64,000 nt of DNA from an uncultured delta proteobacterium (GCA_963726395.1 CAVSCG010000036.1:19060-83059); one strand, 5' to 3'; positions 46,604-57,325 are shown, numbered from the stretch's first letter. Notes: a model not told the origin generated them from the letters alone. Made by a program: numbers and translations.

Positions 46604-48298
46604 CTAAAGATTTTTAACCAGCGTTTTTATTCCGGCTGCGGCGTCTTTTTTCCAGTGGATGCGGATAATTTTGCGGCCTTTATCCATCAACGCCTGACGG
46701 TCTGCCTCGGCCTGCGCGGCTTTGAGCTCTCCGAAAGTCAGAGAAGAGTCGGGTTTGCAAAGAGCGTCGGGGATATCCAGATCCGATTTGTTTTCGCTGG
46801 TCATCTGAATAAACAGGCCGTGGCCTGCGTCGCCTTTATGCAACTGGCCTACCGAATGCAGATAGCGGGGGCCGTAGCCGACCGTTACGGCTATACCGTA
46901 TTTTCGGGAAATCGCCGACCGCAACTGCCCCAGCGCATCGTCGATTTGCGGCGACGGACTTAAATAAACCTGCAACCCCATGTAAGCGTTTGCCGTCGAT
47001 GGCGTTAGAAAATTGGTCAGTGCTTCGGAAACGGTTGTCCCGGAAATATCGCCGTAAACCTCACAGTCGCCGGCGGCAAGTGACGGTTGCGTCTTCGGCC
47101 ACGCCTTATTTTTTTTGAATTCCGCAAGCATCCGGTTCGTGTGCTTTTTGGTCGCTTCGACATCCGGTTGATCGAATGGGTTGATTCCCATGATGTGAGC
47201 GGCGACAGCCGTCGCCATTTCCCACAGAAACATTTGACCGCCCAGATCATAGGCATCATGAATCCGAATTTTCAAGATGGGATGTCCGGCGGTCGCCAGT
47301 TCCATTATCTGTGAATTCCATTCGTTATGGTCATCATAAAAAAAGACAAAGACGCGATCATTCCCGTAAGTGCTGACATCCATCGACGGTTCATTCAACA
47401 CCGGCAGAATTCCCTTGCCCTCTTTGCCGGTGCTCTCCGCGATCAATTGTTCCAGCCAATCGCCAAAAGATTTCCAGGACGGCGGAAGCATCAACGTGAG
47501 CTTGTCGCGGCCGTATTGCGCAAGTGTTCCCAAAGCGGCGCCTAAAAGACAGCCGGTGGAGTCGCCTTTGCCGGAAAAGAAATCAGTCTTTTCCTGCTGG
47601 GCAACGGCTACCGCGTTTTGCAGTAGTTTTTCAATCTGAACACCGATTAATGCCGCGGGAATCATTCCCACCAGGGAAAGCGCCGAATAACGGCCGCCGA
47701 TATTGGGATTGTTGGAAAAAATGTAGGGAAGCTGCAATTGCCAGGCCTGCTCAAGCATGGGACTGCCTTCATCAGTAATGAACATGAAATGCTCGTTGGC
47801 CGAAACGTCCGGTTTTTCGTCGGTTACGTTGTAGAAATAATTAAAAAGCGAGACAATTTCCAGAGTCGTCCCTGACTTTGAAGAAACGATAAAAAGCGTT
47901 TTTTCCAGGTTGAGTTTTTCGGCCAAGCCGCGGATGGCCGCCGGATCGGTTGTATCCAGAATTTGCAGCCGTGGGTAGCCCGGCGCGCATCCGATGATGT
48001 TGTTGAAGACTTCCGCCGACAGACTCGATCCGCCCATGCCCAAAAGGACAACGTCTTCAATGCTGCCGTTGGTGAAGGGCGTAAGCGAGGCGCGGATGCT
48101 GTGGACATGTGCTGACGTTTCCACGGGGGCGTGCAGCCAGCCCAGCCGATTGGAAATTTCCTCAGGCGCCGGTTTCCAGACATGAAAGTCGTTTGCCCAG
48201 ATGCGCGCGGCAATGTTTCCGCGGCGCATCTTCTCCAATGCGTTGGTGACAGCACTCTGATAGGGTCCAAGTAAAAAAGAAATGCCTGTTGTCTGCAT
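46604..48298 (-). CDS. pgi: Glucose-6-phosphate isomerase
   Basis: 564 aa. Contains LLGMGGSSLSAEVF, IVSSKSGTTLE, NIGGRYSALSLVG. The start shares one base with the tkt stop. Confidence 0.9.
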   Translation of the reverse strand: MQTTGISFLLGPYQSAVTNALEKMRRGNIAARIWANDFHVWKPAPEEISNRLGWLHAPVETSAHVHSIRASLTPFTNGSIEDVVLLGMGGSSLSAEVFNNIIGCAPGYPRLQILDTTDPAAIRGLAEKLNLEKTLFIVSSKSGTTLEIVSLFNYFYNVTDEKPDVSANEHFMFITDEGSPMLEQAWQLQLPYIFSNNPNIGGRYSALSLVGMIPAALIGVQIEKLLQNAVAVAQQEKTDFFSGKGDSTGCLLGAALGTLAQYGRDKLTLMLPPSWKSFGDWLEQLIAESTGKEGKGILPVLNEPSMDVSTYGNDRVFVFFYDDHNEWNSQIMELATAGHPILKIRIHDAYDLGGQMFLWEMATAVAAHIMGINPFDQPDVEATKKHTNRMLAEFKKNKAWPKTQPSLAAGDCEVYGDISGTTVSEALTNFLTPSTANAYMGLQVYLSPSPQIDDALGQLRSAISRKYGIAVTVGYGPRYLHSVGQLHKGDAGHGLFIQMTSENKSDLDIPDALCKPDSSLTFGELKAAQAEADRQALMDKGRKIIRIHWKKDAAAGIKTLVKNL

Positions 48299-50372
48299 TA
48301 CATTTCTCCTTCGCTACGAATGGACAGCATTTTCGTGGCCGCCGCGACAATGTTGGCGGACGTGAAACCGAATTTTTCATAAAGCGCGGGCGCGGGCGCG
48401 GACGCGCCAAAGGTTTCCATACCCAGGATCTTTCCCGTCAGCCCCACATAATGTTCCCAGCCCAGCTTGATGCCGGCTTCCACGGCCAAGCGAGCGGTTA
48501 CTTGCGGAGGCAATACTGAATCGCGGTATGCCTGAGGCTGGCGATCGAATATTTCCCAACTGGGCAAAGAAACGACGCGGACTTTTATATTTTCCGCAGC
48601 AAGCTTGCGAGCGGCATCTAATGTCATGGCGACTTCCGAACCGGTGGCAATCAGAATCATCTCCGGATTCGATGACGACTCCCATAAAATGTAGCCTCCC
48701 TGCCGGACACCGGCGGCGGGTGCCAAGACCTGCCGATCCAGCACCGGTAAATTCTGACGGCTGAAAACCAGCGTGGTGGGACCTTTGGTGTTCATGAGCG
48801 CCAGACGCCAGGCTTCCAGGGTTTCATTGGCATCCGCCGGACGCAACACGGTCATATTGGGGACTTGCCTCAAATTCATGATCTGCTCAATGGGTTGATG
48901 CGTTGGGCCGTCTTCGCCCACGCCGATGCTGTCGTGTGTAAAAATAAAAATGGCACGCAACCCCATCAAAGCGGCCAGCCGCATGGGCGGACGCATATAG
49001 TCGGCAAACGTTAAAAAGGTTGCCGTGTAAGGAATTACACCGCCGTGCAGCGCCAGGCCCACGACAATGGAACCCATCGCGTGCTCGCGCACGCCGAAGT
49101 GGATGTTTCGTCCCGAGTAATCCCATGCCCCGCCCACCATGCCGTGCAGACCCTCGCAGGACAAGGCCGGGCTTTGGAAATCGCCAAAGCCCTTAAGCCA
49201 GGTAAACGTAGAAGGATTAAGATCCGCCGAGCCTCCGGCCAGTTCCGGAACTTTGGCCGCAAGAGTCTGCATGACGATTTCAGAGGCTTTGCGGGTGGCG
49301 ACATCTTTGGAGCCGGAGGGAAACTCGGCAAGCGCCGCTTCCCAATCAGCGGGCAGTTCGCCGCGCATGGCTCTTTCCAGTTCAGCAGCCAGCACTGCAT
49401 CTTTTTGCCGGTAAGCCGCGAACGTTTCAAGCCAGCTTTTTTCACTTTTTTTGCCGCGGGAAACAGCCTTGCGAAAATATTTGCTCTACGTCATCGGCAA
49501 CATAAAAGGATTCATCGACCGGCCAGGCGCAATGCCTCTTTCGCGCCTTGAATTTCTTCAGCCCCCAGCGGCGAGCCGTGGGCGTCGCAGCGGCCTTGTT
49601 TGCAAGGCGCGCCGTAGCCGATAGTGGTCTGCACACAGATCAGCGAGGGTTTGCCGGTTTCCTTTTTGGCTTTTTTAATCGCCCGGTCGATGACGGCCAC
49701 ATCGTTGCCGTCCTGAACTTTCTGCACCTGCCAGCCGTAAGACTTGAAGCGCATTTCGATATTTTCGGTAAAAGACAATCCTGTGGAGCCGGCCAGGGAT
49801 ACTTTGTTGTCGTCATAAAGAACGATGAGTTTCCCCAGACGCAGATGACCGGCCAGAGCACAGGCTTCCGCGACCACGCCTTCCATCATGTCGCCGTCTC
49901 CGGCCATGACATACGTGTAATGATCAACGATGGGTTGCCCGTCGCGATTGAACCGCGCTGCCAGATGCGCCTCGGCAATAGCCATGCCGACGGCGTTCGC
50001 CAGTCCCTGCCCCAGAGGGCCGGTAGTCACTTCTACGCCTGCCGTATGTTTATATTCAGGATGTCCCGGTGTGCGGCTGCCCCACTGGCGGAAATTTTTG
50101 ATGTCGTCGAGCGAAAGATCGTAGCCGGTCAAATGTAAGAGAGCGTATAAAAGCATCGAGGCGTGGCCGGAGGATAGAACAAAGCGGTCGCGATCCGGCC
50201 ACTGTGGATTTTTCGGATTATGCTTCAGATGTTTTGTCCATAAAGTAAAGGCTGCCGCCGCCGCTCCCAGGGGCATGCCGGGATGGCCGGATTTGGCTTT
50301 TTCAATGGCATCCGCGGCCAAAAATCGAATGGTATCAATACATTGTTTTTCCAACTCATTTTTATCAGACAT
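48298..50372 (-). pseudogene. tkt: Transketolase, two frameshifts
   Basis: The pieces 49512..50372 ([31 protein letters not shown]), 49442..49636 ([17 protein letters not shown]) and 48298..49395 are colinear with one Tkt. Shifts lie at the A4 run 49474..49477 and near 49526. Confidence 0.9.
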
Positions 50373-50510
50373 AACGTCTCCTTAAGGTCATTGAAGATGT
50401 TTCACTTAAAACAAACATTAAATTATTGCACGAAATTTTTTCCGTCTGTTCAATGACATTGCAATGTTATTGAAATTAAATTTCGGTTACAATCGCAGCG
50501 TAATTCCATG

Positions 50511-50834
50511 TTAAGGTTTTTTTACCAGCGATTCGTCCAGCCACTTCAGATATTCAGTGCTACCCTGGATAATTGGAACGGCAATAATTTCCGGTGTTTC
50601 GTAGGAATGCAGTTTTTTGATGGCGGCTTCGACTTTGGGGAAAAGGTCTTCGCGGGTTTTCATTAAACAGGAGTATTCCCTGGCATTTTCCACCTTGCCT
50701 TTCCAACGGTAAGTGCTTTCGATAGCGCCTGTGATCTGCACGCAGGCAGCCAGTTTCTGTTCCACCAAATACCGGGCGATGGCTTGCGCCTGCTCTTTGG
50801 TTTCCGTCGTCGTCATAACTTGAATAAATGACAT
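50511..50834 (-). CDS. cutA: Divalent-cation tolerance protein CutA
   Basis: 107 aa. Contains LAACVQI...STYRWKGKVE...E..L..KT. Confidence 0.85.
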   Translation of the reverse strand: MSFIQVMTTTETKEQAQAIARYLVEQKLAACVQITGAIESTYRWKGKVENAREYSCLMKTREDLFPKVEAAIKKLHSYETPEIIAVPIIQGSTEYLKWLDESLVKKP

Positions 50835-50851
50835 CCTTCTACCTTGCTCCT

Positions 50852-51649
50852 TTATCCTTGCGCCTTTATCCTCTTTTTCGTCATCTCATACATCATGATT
50901 GCCGCTGCCTGCGGAAGGCTTAGAGAATCAGACTGCGCATTGCCTGGAATAATCCAACGCTCATCGGTCGGCGCCAATAATTGCGCAGGCAGTCCATGAC
51001 TTTCACTGCCTAAAAGCAGGGCGGCTTTTTTAGGCAGCGGGTGCGGTGGCACTCCATTGCGCACATCGCTGCCTACTAGATAATGAGTCTTATTGATCTG
51101 CGGTAAGACCGCGATCAAATCAACGCCAGAGACAACCGTTAAATGAAAAAGGCTGCCCATGGAGGCGCGTACGGCTTTGGGGTTGGTGTAATCGGCGGAG
51201 TTGGCGCTTAAAATTATATGGGTAAAACCAAACCACAGCGCACTGCGCATCAATGCACCCAAGTTGCCAGGATTATTGATTTCATGGAGGATGATCATAT
51301 TCCCGGCACTGGAATTGATCAGTGCGGAAAGAGAGGGTTGCTCTTTCTGCTTTACAATCGCGATAATCCCTTCCGGTTCTTTGTCCTGGCTTAGCTTTTT
51401 CCATTCAGAGCGCGTCAGTTGATAGACAGAACTCTGATCTTTCGCAGACGCAATCAGTTTTTCCCAGTATGAAATTTTTTCGGGCAACACGAGAATCGCT
51501 TCCACCTGCCAATCGCTTTTGAACAGCTCTTCGACGACTTTTACCCCCTCGGCTAAAAACAAGCCGTATTCCCGGCGGTATTTAGCGTCGGCAAATCTTG
51601 CCCATTTTTTTAAATGGTTTTTTGAAGCGTTTGAAAACTCACTTTGCAT
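50852..51649 (-). CDS. TrmH/SpoU-family RNA 2'-O-methyltransferase
   Basis: 265 aa. Contains NPGNLGALMRSALWFG, LLLGSESHGL, IPGNAQSDSLSLPQAAAIMMYE. Confidence 0.85.
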   Translation of the reverse strand: MQSEFSNASKNHLKKWARFADAKYRREYGLFLAEGVKVVEELFKSDWQVEAILVLPEKISYWEKLIASAKDQSSVYQLTRSEWKKLSQDKEPEGIIAIVKQKEQPSLSALINSSAGNMIILHEINNPGNLGALMRSALWFGFTHIILSANSADYTNPKAVRASMGSLFHLTVVSGVDLIAVLPQINKTHYLVGSDVRNGVPPHPLPKKAALLLGSESHGLPAQLLAPTDERWIIPGNAQSDSLSLPQAAAIMMYEMTKKRIKAQG

Positions 51650-51657
51650 AAGGGCTG

Positions 51658-52596
51658 TTACTCCTTCATCGTTACCGGAGGAACCTCGCCTTCTTCCTTA
51701 TCCGGCCAAATGATGGATGATAGGATCGAGACCACCAGAATAGAGGCGATGACGAGCAGCGAAGCCGCAACCGGTACATGGAAAAAATCTTCAATGAGCA
51801 TCTTGATGCCGACAAAGCTTAAGATGGCCGCCAGACCGTAATGGAGAAGGTGGAACAATTTCATCAAACCGGAAATCGCGAAAAAGAGCGAACGCAGGCC
51901 TAAAATCGCAAAGACGTTGGACGTATAAACGATAAAAGGATCTTTGGAGATGGCCAAGACAGCAGGAATCGAATCAACTGCGAAAAGAATATCGGTGGTT
52001 TCCAGGGCCAGAAGAACGGCCAGCATCGGCGTGGCATATCGGACGCCGCGTTTGACGACAAAAAATTTGGCTTCGGAAAATTTATGGGTGACAGGCATGA
52101 AAAAACGCAAAATTTTTATCGCGATATTCTTGTCGGGATGGACTTCCGTCTGTTTGTTCAGCGCCATTTTGATGCCGGTAAATATCAGGAAAGCGCCGAA
52201 AATATACATGACCCAGCTGAAGGCATTGATCAGCGCGACCCCCGCGAAGATAAAGACCCCGCGTGTCACCAGCGCCATCAATATCCCCCAGAACAGCGCC
52301 TTGTGTTCGTAAGCGTGAGGAACGTTGAAAAAACGGAAAATCAGCATGAATACAAAAAGATTGTCGATGCTCAAAGAGTATTCGATGAGATAACCGGCAA
52401 CAAATTCCATCGCTTTCCCGTGGCCATAGAAAAAGTAAATCGCTGCGGCGAACAAGAGCGCCAGTGTCACCCAGAAGGATGTCCATAGCATGGCTTCCTT
52501 CATTTTAATGACGTGAGATTTGCGGTTGAAAACGCCAAGATCAAGCGCCAGCATGGCCAGAATGAAGACCGTAAAGATTATCCACCACCATGTCAT
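51658..52596 (-). CDS. TerC-family integral membrane protein
   Basis: 312 aa. Contains YLIEYSLSIDNLFVF and ETTDILFAVDSIPA (the paired TerC motifs). Confidence 0.85.
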   Translation of the reverse strand: MTWWWIIFTVFILAMLALDLGVFNRKSHVIKMKEAMLWTSFWVTLALLFAAAIYFFYGHGKAMEFVAGYLIEYSLSIDNLFVFMLIFRFFNVPHAYEHKALFWGILMALVTRGVFIFAGVALINAFSWVMYIFGAFLIFTGIKMALNKQTEVHPDKNIAIKILRFFMPVTHKFSEAKFFVVKRGVRYATPMLAVLLALETTDILFAVDSIPAVLAISKDPFIVYTSNVFAILGLRSLFFAISGLMKLFHLLHYGLAAILSFVGIKMLIEDFFHVPVAASLLVIASILVVSILSSIIWPDKEEGEVPPVTMKE

Positions 52597-52613
52597 GGAT
52601 TCAGTTCCTCGAA

Positions 52614-53945
52614 TTATATTGAACGGCCGAGCGCCTGAGCCGCGTTATGAATAATGTCCCAGGCCGGACTGAAAGGCGGGGCATAAGCCAGATCCAGATA
52701 GCCGATCTGATCGAGATCCATTCCCACCCAGAGCGCGACAGAGAGCGCGTTGATCCTTCCCACCGCGCCGGCCACACCGACGGCCTGCGCCCCCAGCAGC
52801 TTGCCCGATGATTGGTCGGCAATCAGTTTCAGGCCGATTTTTCTCAGGCCCAGCGCAGGCGCCATGGCGCTGCCCCAGGTTATGTTGCTTGCCGGCGTAA
52901 AGCCCACGGCAAGGGCTTCTTTTTCTGAAAGTCCCGTGGCTGCGCATTCCAGATTAAACAGCCGAAAAGACTGAGCACCGACGATGCCGTCAAAGGTCAG
53001 CGGTTTGCCGCCGATGTTGCGTCCGGCAACACGTCCCTGTTTGTTGGCGATATCGCCCAGTGGAATATTTACCCAGCGGCGACTGACACGATGAAATGAT
53101 TCGCAGCAGTCGCCCACGGCATACACATTTTCCAGAGAGGTCTGCTGGGAGAAATTGACGGCAATTGCGCCGGATGGGCCAATTTTCAAACCCATCGATT
53201 GCGCCAGACGCGCGTCGGGCCTTACGCCGATGGCCAGTAAGACCAGATCGCCTTCATATTCACCTTTATCCGTTCTAACGCAAAGCAGTGCGTTTTTTCC
53301 CTTTTCAATCGCCAGGGCGGCAGCATCGGCTACAAATTCCACACCGTGGGCATGAAGTTCTTCAAGCATCATGGACGACAGAGCCGCGTCCCAGCGGTTG
53401 GCCGGCAGCGGGTCTTTGTGGATGATCGTCGTTGTAATGCCCGAGGCAGAAAGCGCCTCGCTCATTTCCAAACCGATAAAGCCGCCGCCGATGATCACGA
53501 CGCGTTTCGCGCTTTTTTCCTTAAGCCAAGTTTTAATATGGATAGCATCTTCCAGATTGCGCAGCGAAAAAACACCGGACAGATCTAGCCCTGGCATGTC
53601 CGGCACAATCGCGGACGTGCCGGTGGCCATGACCAGAATGTCATAGGGTATTTGACGGTTATCCTGAATTTCGACGATGCCTTTTGCCGGATCAATGCCA
53701 GCCACCCGTGCCTGAATTTGCACCTCAATGCCGCCTTCACGGAATTTTTCCGGCGTTCGGGCAATCAGCTTGCTTTGTTCTTGAATTACATCCCCGATGT
53801 AATAGGGCATCGGTCAGGCGGTAAAGGCGACAAATTTCCCCTTTTCCAGCATCGTGACATTCAGGGACGGATTGTTTCTTTTCGCTTCAGCGGCAGTGGA
53901 ACCGCCGCCCGCGCCGCCGCCGACAATTACTAAGTTTCTACTCAT
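52614..53945 (-). CDS. FAD-dependent pyridine nucleotide-disulfide oxidoreductase (CoA-disulfide reductase / NADH oxidase-peroxidase family) with predicted selenocysteine at codon 44 (TGA 53816..53814)
   Basis: ATG 53945 opens MSRNLVIVGGGAGGGSTAAEAKRNNPSLNVTMLEKGKFVAFTA, then TGA, then PMPYYIGDV... All of it is in the frame of listed ORF 52614..53810. The TGA aligns with the redox Cys of the family motif (SF..C[GA][LMI]PY). A second dinucleotide fold is present (VVIIGGGFIGLE). Total 443 codons, which is normal for the family. Confidence 0.75.
53785..53803 (-). promoter_or_regulatory. SECIS-like stem-loop downstream of the in-frame UGA
   Basis: mRNA: UGA CCGAUGCCCU AUUACAUC GGG GAUGUAAU. This is an 8-bp stem with a G-rich apical loop that begins 18 nt after the UGA. 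An alternative 6-bp hairpin is CCGAUG/CAUCGG. Confidence 0.6.
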
Positions 53946-53958
53946 CATGACCTCCGCA

Positions 53959-54804
53959 TCATTTCTGACGGATTGAGGCTTCCTTGCGCCAAAGGATGAT
54001 GGCGATGCCTGCCAGCATCATGAATACACACAGGACTTGTCCCATCGTGTTGAATCCGAGAACAAACCCCAGGTGCGCGTCCGGTTCGCGGAAAAACTCG
54101 ATGAGGAAGCGCACCAGACCGTAGCCGAAAAGATAAAGACCGATCATGAAGCCGTCGAAGGGATTGCGCTTGCGAATCAACCAGAGAATGCAAAACAAAA
54201 ACAGGCCCTCGAACAGGGCTTCGTAAAGCTGCGAGGGATGCCGCAGACTCTGCGTCGCATCCAACGGAAAATACATTCCCCACGGTACCGTGGTCACGCG
54301 GCCCCAGAGTTCGCCGTTGATAAAGTTTCCGAACCTGCCAAACATGTAACCCAGCGGCGCTGCCGCGCATATCCAGTCTCCGAATTGCCAGGGGTTGATC
54401 TTGCGTTTATGGCAGAATAAAAGGGTAACCAGAATTACACCAATCAGGCCACCGTGATAGGACATGCCACTCAATCCGACAAATCGGAAACCGTTAGAAA
54501 AATCAAACGGCAGGATAATTTCCAGAAGATGGGAGCTGTAGTAACTGAAATTGTAAAACAGGGCGTAACCGAACCGGGCGCCGACAATCAGGCCGACCAT
54601 GGCCCAGACCAGATAATCCTGCAAGGTCTCCGTAGTTAAGGTGATTTCTTTGTGTTTAATCCGGTAGGCAAAAAGCAGATAGACCACGGCAAAAGCGACC
54701 AGATACATGAGACTGTAGTAACGCAACTGAAAAGATCCGATGCTGAAAAGCGTGGGACTGATCTGTGAGGGCAACTGCTGCCAGGCGCTGAGAAAATATT
54801 CCAT
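53959..54804 (-). CDS. lgt: Prolipoprotein diacylglyceryl transferase
   Basis: 281 aa. Contains SYHGGLIGVIL and GRFGNFINGELWG. Confidence 0.95.
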   Translation of the reverse strand: MEYFLSAWQQLPSQISPTLFSIGSFQLRYYSLMYLVAFAVVYLLFAYRIKHKEITLTTETLQDYLVWAMVGLIVGARFGYALFYNFSYYSSHLLEIILPFDFSNGFRFVGLSGMSYHGGLIGVILVTLLFCHKRKINPWQFGDWICAAAPLGYMFGRFGNFINGELWGRVTTVPWGMYFPLDATQSLRHPSQLYEALFEGLFLFCILWLIRKRNPFDGFMIGLYLFGYGLVRFLIEFFREPDAHLGFVLGFNTMGQVLCVFMMLAGIAIILWRKEASIRQK

Positions 54805-54936
54805 AAGTTATTTCTTTCCGTTTTCCGTATTTAAAAATCTCTAATTAAATATTGCGGTTGATGAACGCAGGAAACGGTCGCGGCCACCCACGTGTGACCT
54901 TTAGGTTATACGGGTGACAAGACCGTTCCCTAAGGC

Positions 54937-55899
54937 TTAGTACGTTTGACCCTTTATTTCATCTATATACAACTCCGCGCTATGTACGGCATTTGCGCCG
55001 TCTCCCGCAGCGGTGACGACCTGGCGGAAAAGTTTGGCGCGGCAATCACCCGCGGCAAAAATGCCGTCCGCATTGGTTCGCAAATGTTCATCCGTGACCA
55101 GAAAGCCTGTTTTATCCATTTCTACAAGACCTTTGAACATTTCCGTATAAGGCAGGCGGCCGACAAAAATGAACGCGCCGTCGGCGGCTATTTCGCTGAT
55201 CCCACCGGTGTTGACATCTTTAACTTTGACACCTGTGACAAACTCAGTGCCGGTGATCTCCGCCACCGTCGCATTCCAGATAAATTCAATCTTTTTTTCG
55301 GCAAAGGCCCTTTTTTGCAGCATACCCGCCGCGCGCAGTCGGTCACGGCGATGAATTACGATGACTCTTTTGGCAAAATGGGTCAGGAAAAGCGCTTCCT
55401 GAATGGCCGTGTCGCCACCGCCCACCACAATGACATCGCGGTTGCGGTAAAAAGGCCCGTCGCAAGTGGCGCAATATGATACGCCTTTCCCGGCAAATTC
55501 CGATTCTCCCGGAACGCCCAGATTGCGCCACATCGCGCCTGTCGCCGCAATAATACAGAGGGTTTTATAGATTTTGTCTCCGGCGGTCACTTCCCAGATC
55601 ACCTCGGCGGCAGAGCTCTTTTTAACGGCTGTTACATCCCGGGGAAGACTTTCCAGACCGAATTTCAGCGCCTGCTTTTTAAAAAGCTGCATCAGCTCAA
55701 AACCGCCGATACCATCGGGAATGCCCGGATAATTTTCGATCATATCCGTTATCGTGATCTGGCTCACCGTTCCCGCACCTTCAATGAGCAGCGTTTTAAG
55801 ACCGGCGCGTGCGGCATAGATGCCGGCCGTGTAGCCTGCCGGCCCGCCGCCGATAATGACGATATCATAATCATATTCCGGCAAGTTTGCTTGCGTCAT
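54937..55899 (-). CDS. trxB: Thioredoxin-disulfide reductase
   Basis: 320 aa. Contains IIGGGPAGYTAGIYAAR, the redox motif CATCDG, and VVGGGDTAIQEALFL. Confidence 0.95.
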   Translation of the reverse strand: MTQANLPEYDYDIVIIGGGPAGYTAGIYAARAGLKTLLIEGAGTVSQITITDMIENYPGIPDGIGGFELMQLFKKQALKFGLESLPRDVTAVKKSSAAEVIWEVTAGDKIYKTLCIIAATGAMWRNLGVPGESEFAGKGVSYCATCDGPFYRNRDVIVVGGGDTAIQEALFLTHFAKRVIVIHRRDRLRAAGMLQKRAFAEKKIEFIWNATVAEITGTEFVTGVKVKDVNTGGISEIAADGAFIFVGRLPYTEMFKGLVEMDKTGFLVTDEHLRTNADGIFAAGDCRAKLFRQVVTAAGDGANAVHSAELYIDEIKGQTY

Positions 55900-56071
55900 A
55901 AGAAATCTCCTGTTGTTTTATCGCTGACTTTAATCAGGAAGAGGGGCTTTTGTAAAGACTAAATTGATAAGATTTTAGGCAAGGCTGGAGAAGCTGCTTT
56001 ATTCATCGGCGGCTTCTCCAGAGCGGCTGATTTTCCCAGCGGGACGGGATCGAATCTATCGCTTGCGTGGA

Positions 56072-57325
56072 TCAATGATGGATTCTCTCTTTATGTTTGC
56101 TCACTCTTTTTTCATGATGCCGGTTGATTTTTTTCTTATACTCATTGATAAATTCCCTGGATGACAGATATTTGTCGGCAAAAGAAACAATATAGGCTTC
56201 TTTATATTTCGGCGGCACAAGGGTCAGCGGCCACATATGTTTTTTTATAATATCCTCTTCAATATCATTGATTGAAAAATGCCTTTTGGCGTTGGCTACG
56301 GCTATCGCCGGATGCGCAAACCCGTGAAATTTTTCCCGGGGCAGATCGGGCACGTCATGATTGCGCCAATCATACAGAAAGAAATCATGCAACAGCGCGC
56401 CGCGAGCCGCGGAGCGGAAATCCAATTTAAAATATTTGCATATTCGATAAGAAAAATAGGCCACGTCATGAACATGGGCGTAAATGGAAGAATTATGATG
56501 AAAATAATCTTTGAGTTTTAAAAACTCTTCATGTTGGAGAATATCCTCCACGGTTTCATAATATTCTTTTTCAAACGGTGTCCTGCCTGCCAGTTCCAGA
56601 ATGATTTTATTCTGGATGGGCTTTAAAAAAGAATTAAGCCGGGTTCTGATTGTCTTGTTGATGTTTTGATTAATGTACTTATTCAGGTCAGGGAATGCGT
56701 CGCGTAAACGTTGAAATGATTCTAAATTATTTTCAATTTCGGCACTGCTTAAGTTGAAGTATTCTTCATAAAGGTAAGCGACACCCTGCCGGAAGGCAGC
56801 CAGGGACATCACGGAAAAAGTATAGTCGATCCAGAAATAGATCATGAAGATGATGGCCGCCGTTTTGGTAAAGACGTCATTCAGCAGCACCAGCCATCGA
56901 AATACTTCCGGATGAATAAAGGTTACGAAGATCAATGCCAGCACTGTCCAGAATATTGAAAAGGGCAGGCACACGTGGCCATGAAGATTGAACCGGTTTT
57001 CCGAGTAGTCCCAGAGCGTCAGTTTAAATATCTTTTCGGATAAGAATCCGACCATGTATTCCATGAACGTGATGGCCAGACCGAAAATAATAAACCGCGG
57101 CACAAGATGCCAGCCTTGAAAAATATGCTGCATGACAATGATCACGAAAGCGCCCAGGCCGTAAATGGGAATGAAGGGACCAAACAGGAATCCCGCATTG
57201 ACAAACTTCCGCTGTGTGAGAGACCGGTAAATAACTTCCAGCAGCCATCCCAGAAAGCAATAAATGGCGAAAAGTACAATATAATAAAAAAAGCTTAGGG
57301 TTTCATCCAATATGATGTTTTGCAT
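56072..57325 (-). CDS. Membrane protein: N-terminal polytopic domain (putative ABC-transporter type IV / CmpB-like) fused to a C-terminal HD-domain phosphohydrolase
   Basis: 417 aa with about 6 TM helices at the N-terminus. C-terminus: HVHDVAYFSYRI...GALLHDFFLYDW (HD motif). Confidence 0.7.
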   Translation of the reverse strand: MQNIILDETLSFFYYIVLFAIYCFLGWLLEVIYRSLTQRKFVNAGFLFGPFIPIYGLGAFVIIVMQHIFQGWHLVPRFIIFGLAITFMEYMVGFLSEKIFKLTLWDYSENRFNLHGHVCLPFSIFWTVLALIFVTFIHPEVFRWLVLLNDVFTKTAAIIFMIYFWIDYTFSVMSLAAFRQGVAYLYEEYFNLSSAEIENNLESFQRLRDAFPDLNKYINQNINKTIRTRLNSFLKPIQNKIILELAGRTPFEKEYYETVEDILQHEEFLKLKDYFHHNSSIYAHVHDVAYFSYRICKYFKLDFRSAARGALLHDFFLYDWRNHDVPDLPREKFHGFAHPAIAVANAKRHFSINDIEEDIIKKHMWPLTLVPPKYKEAYIVSFADKYLSSREFINEYKKKINRHHEKRVSKHKERIHH

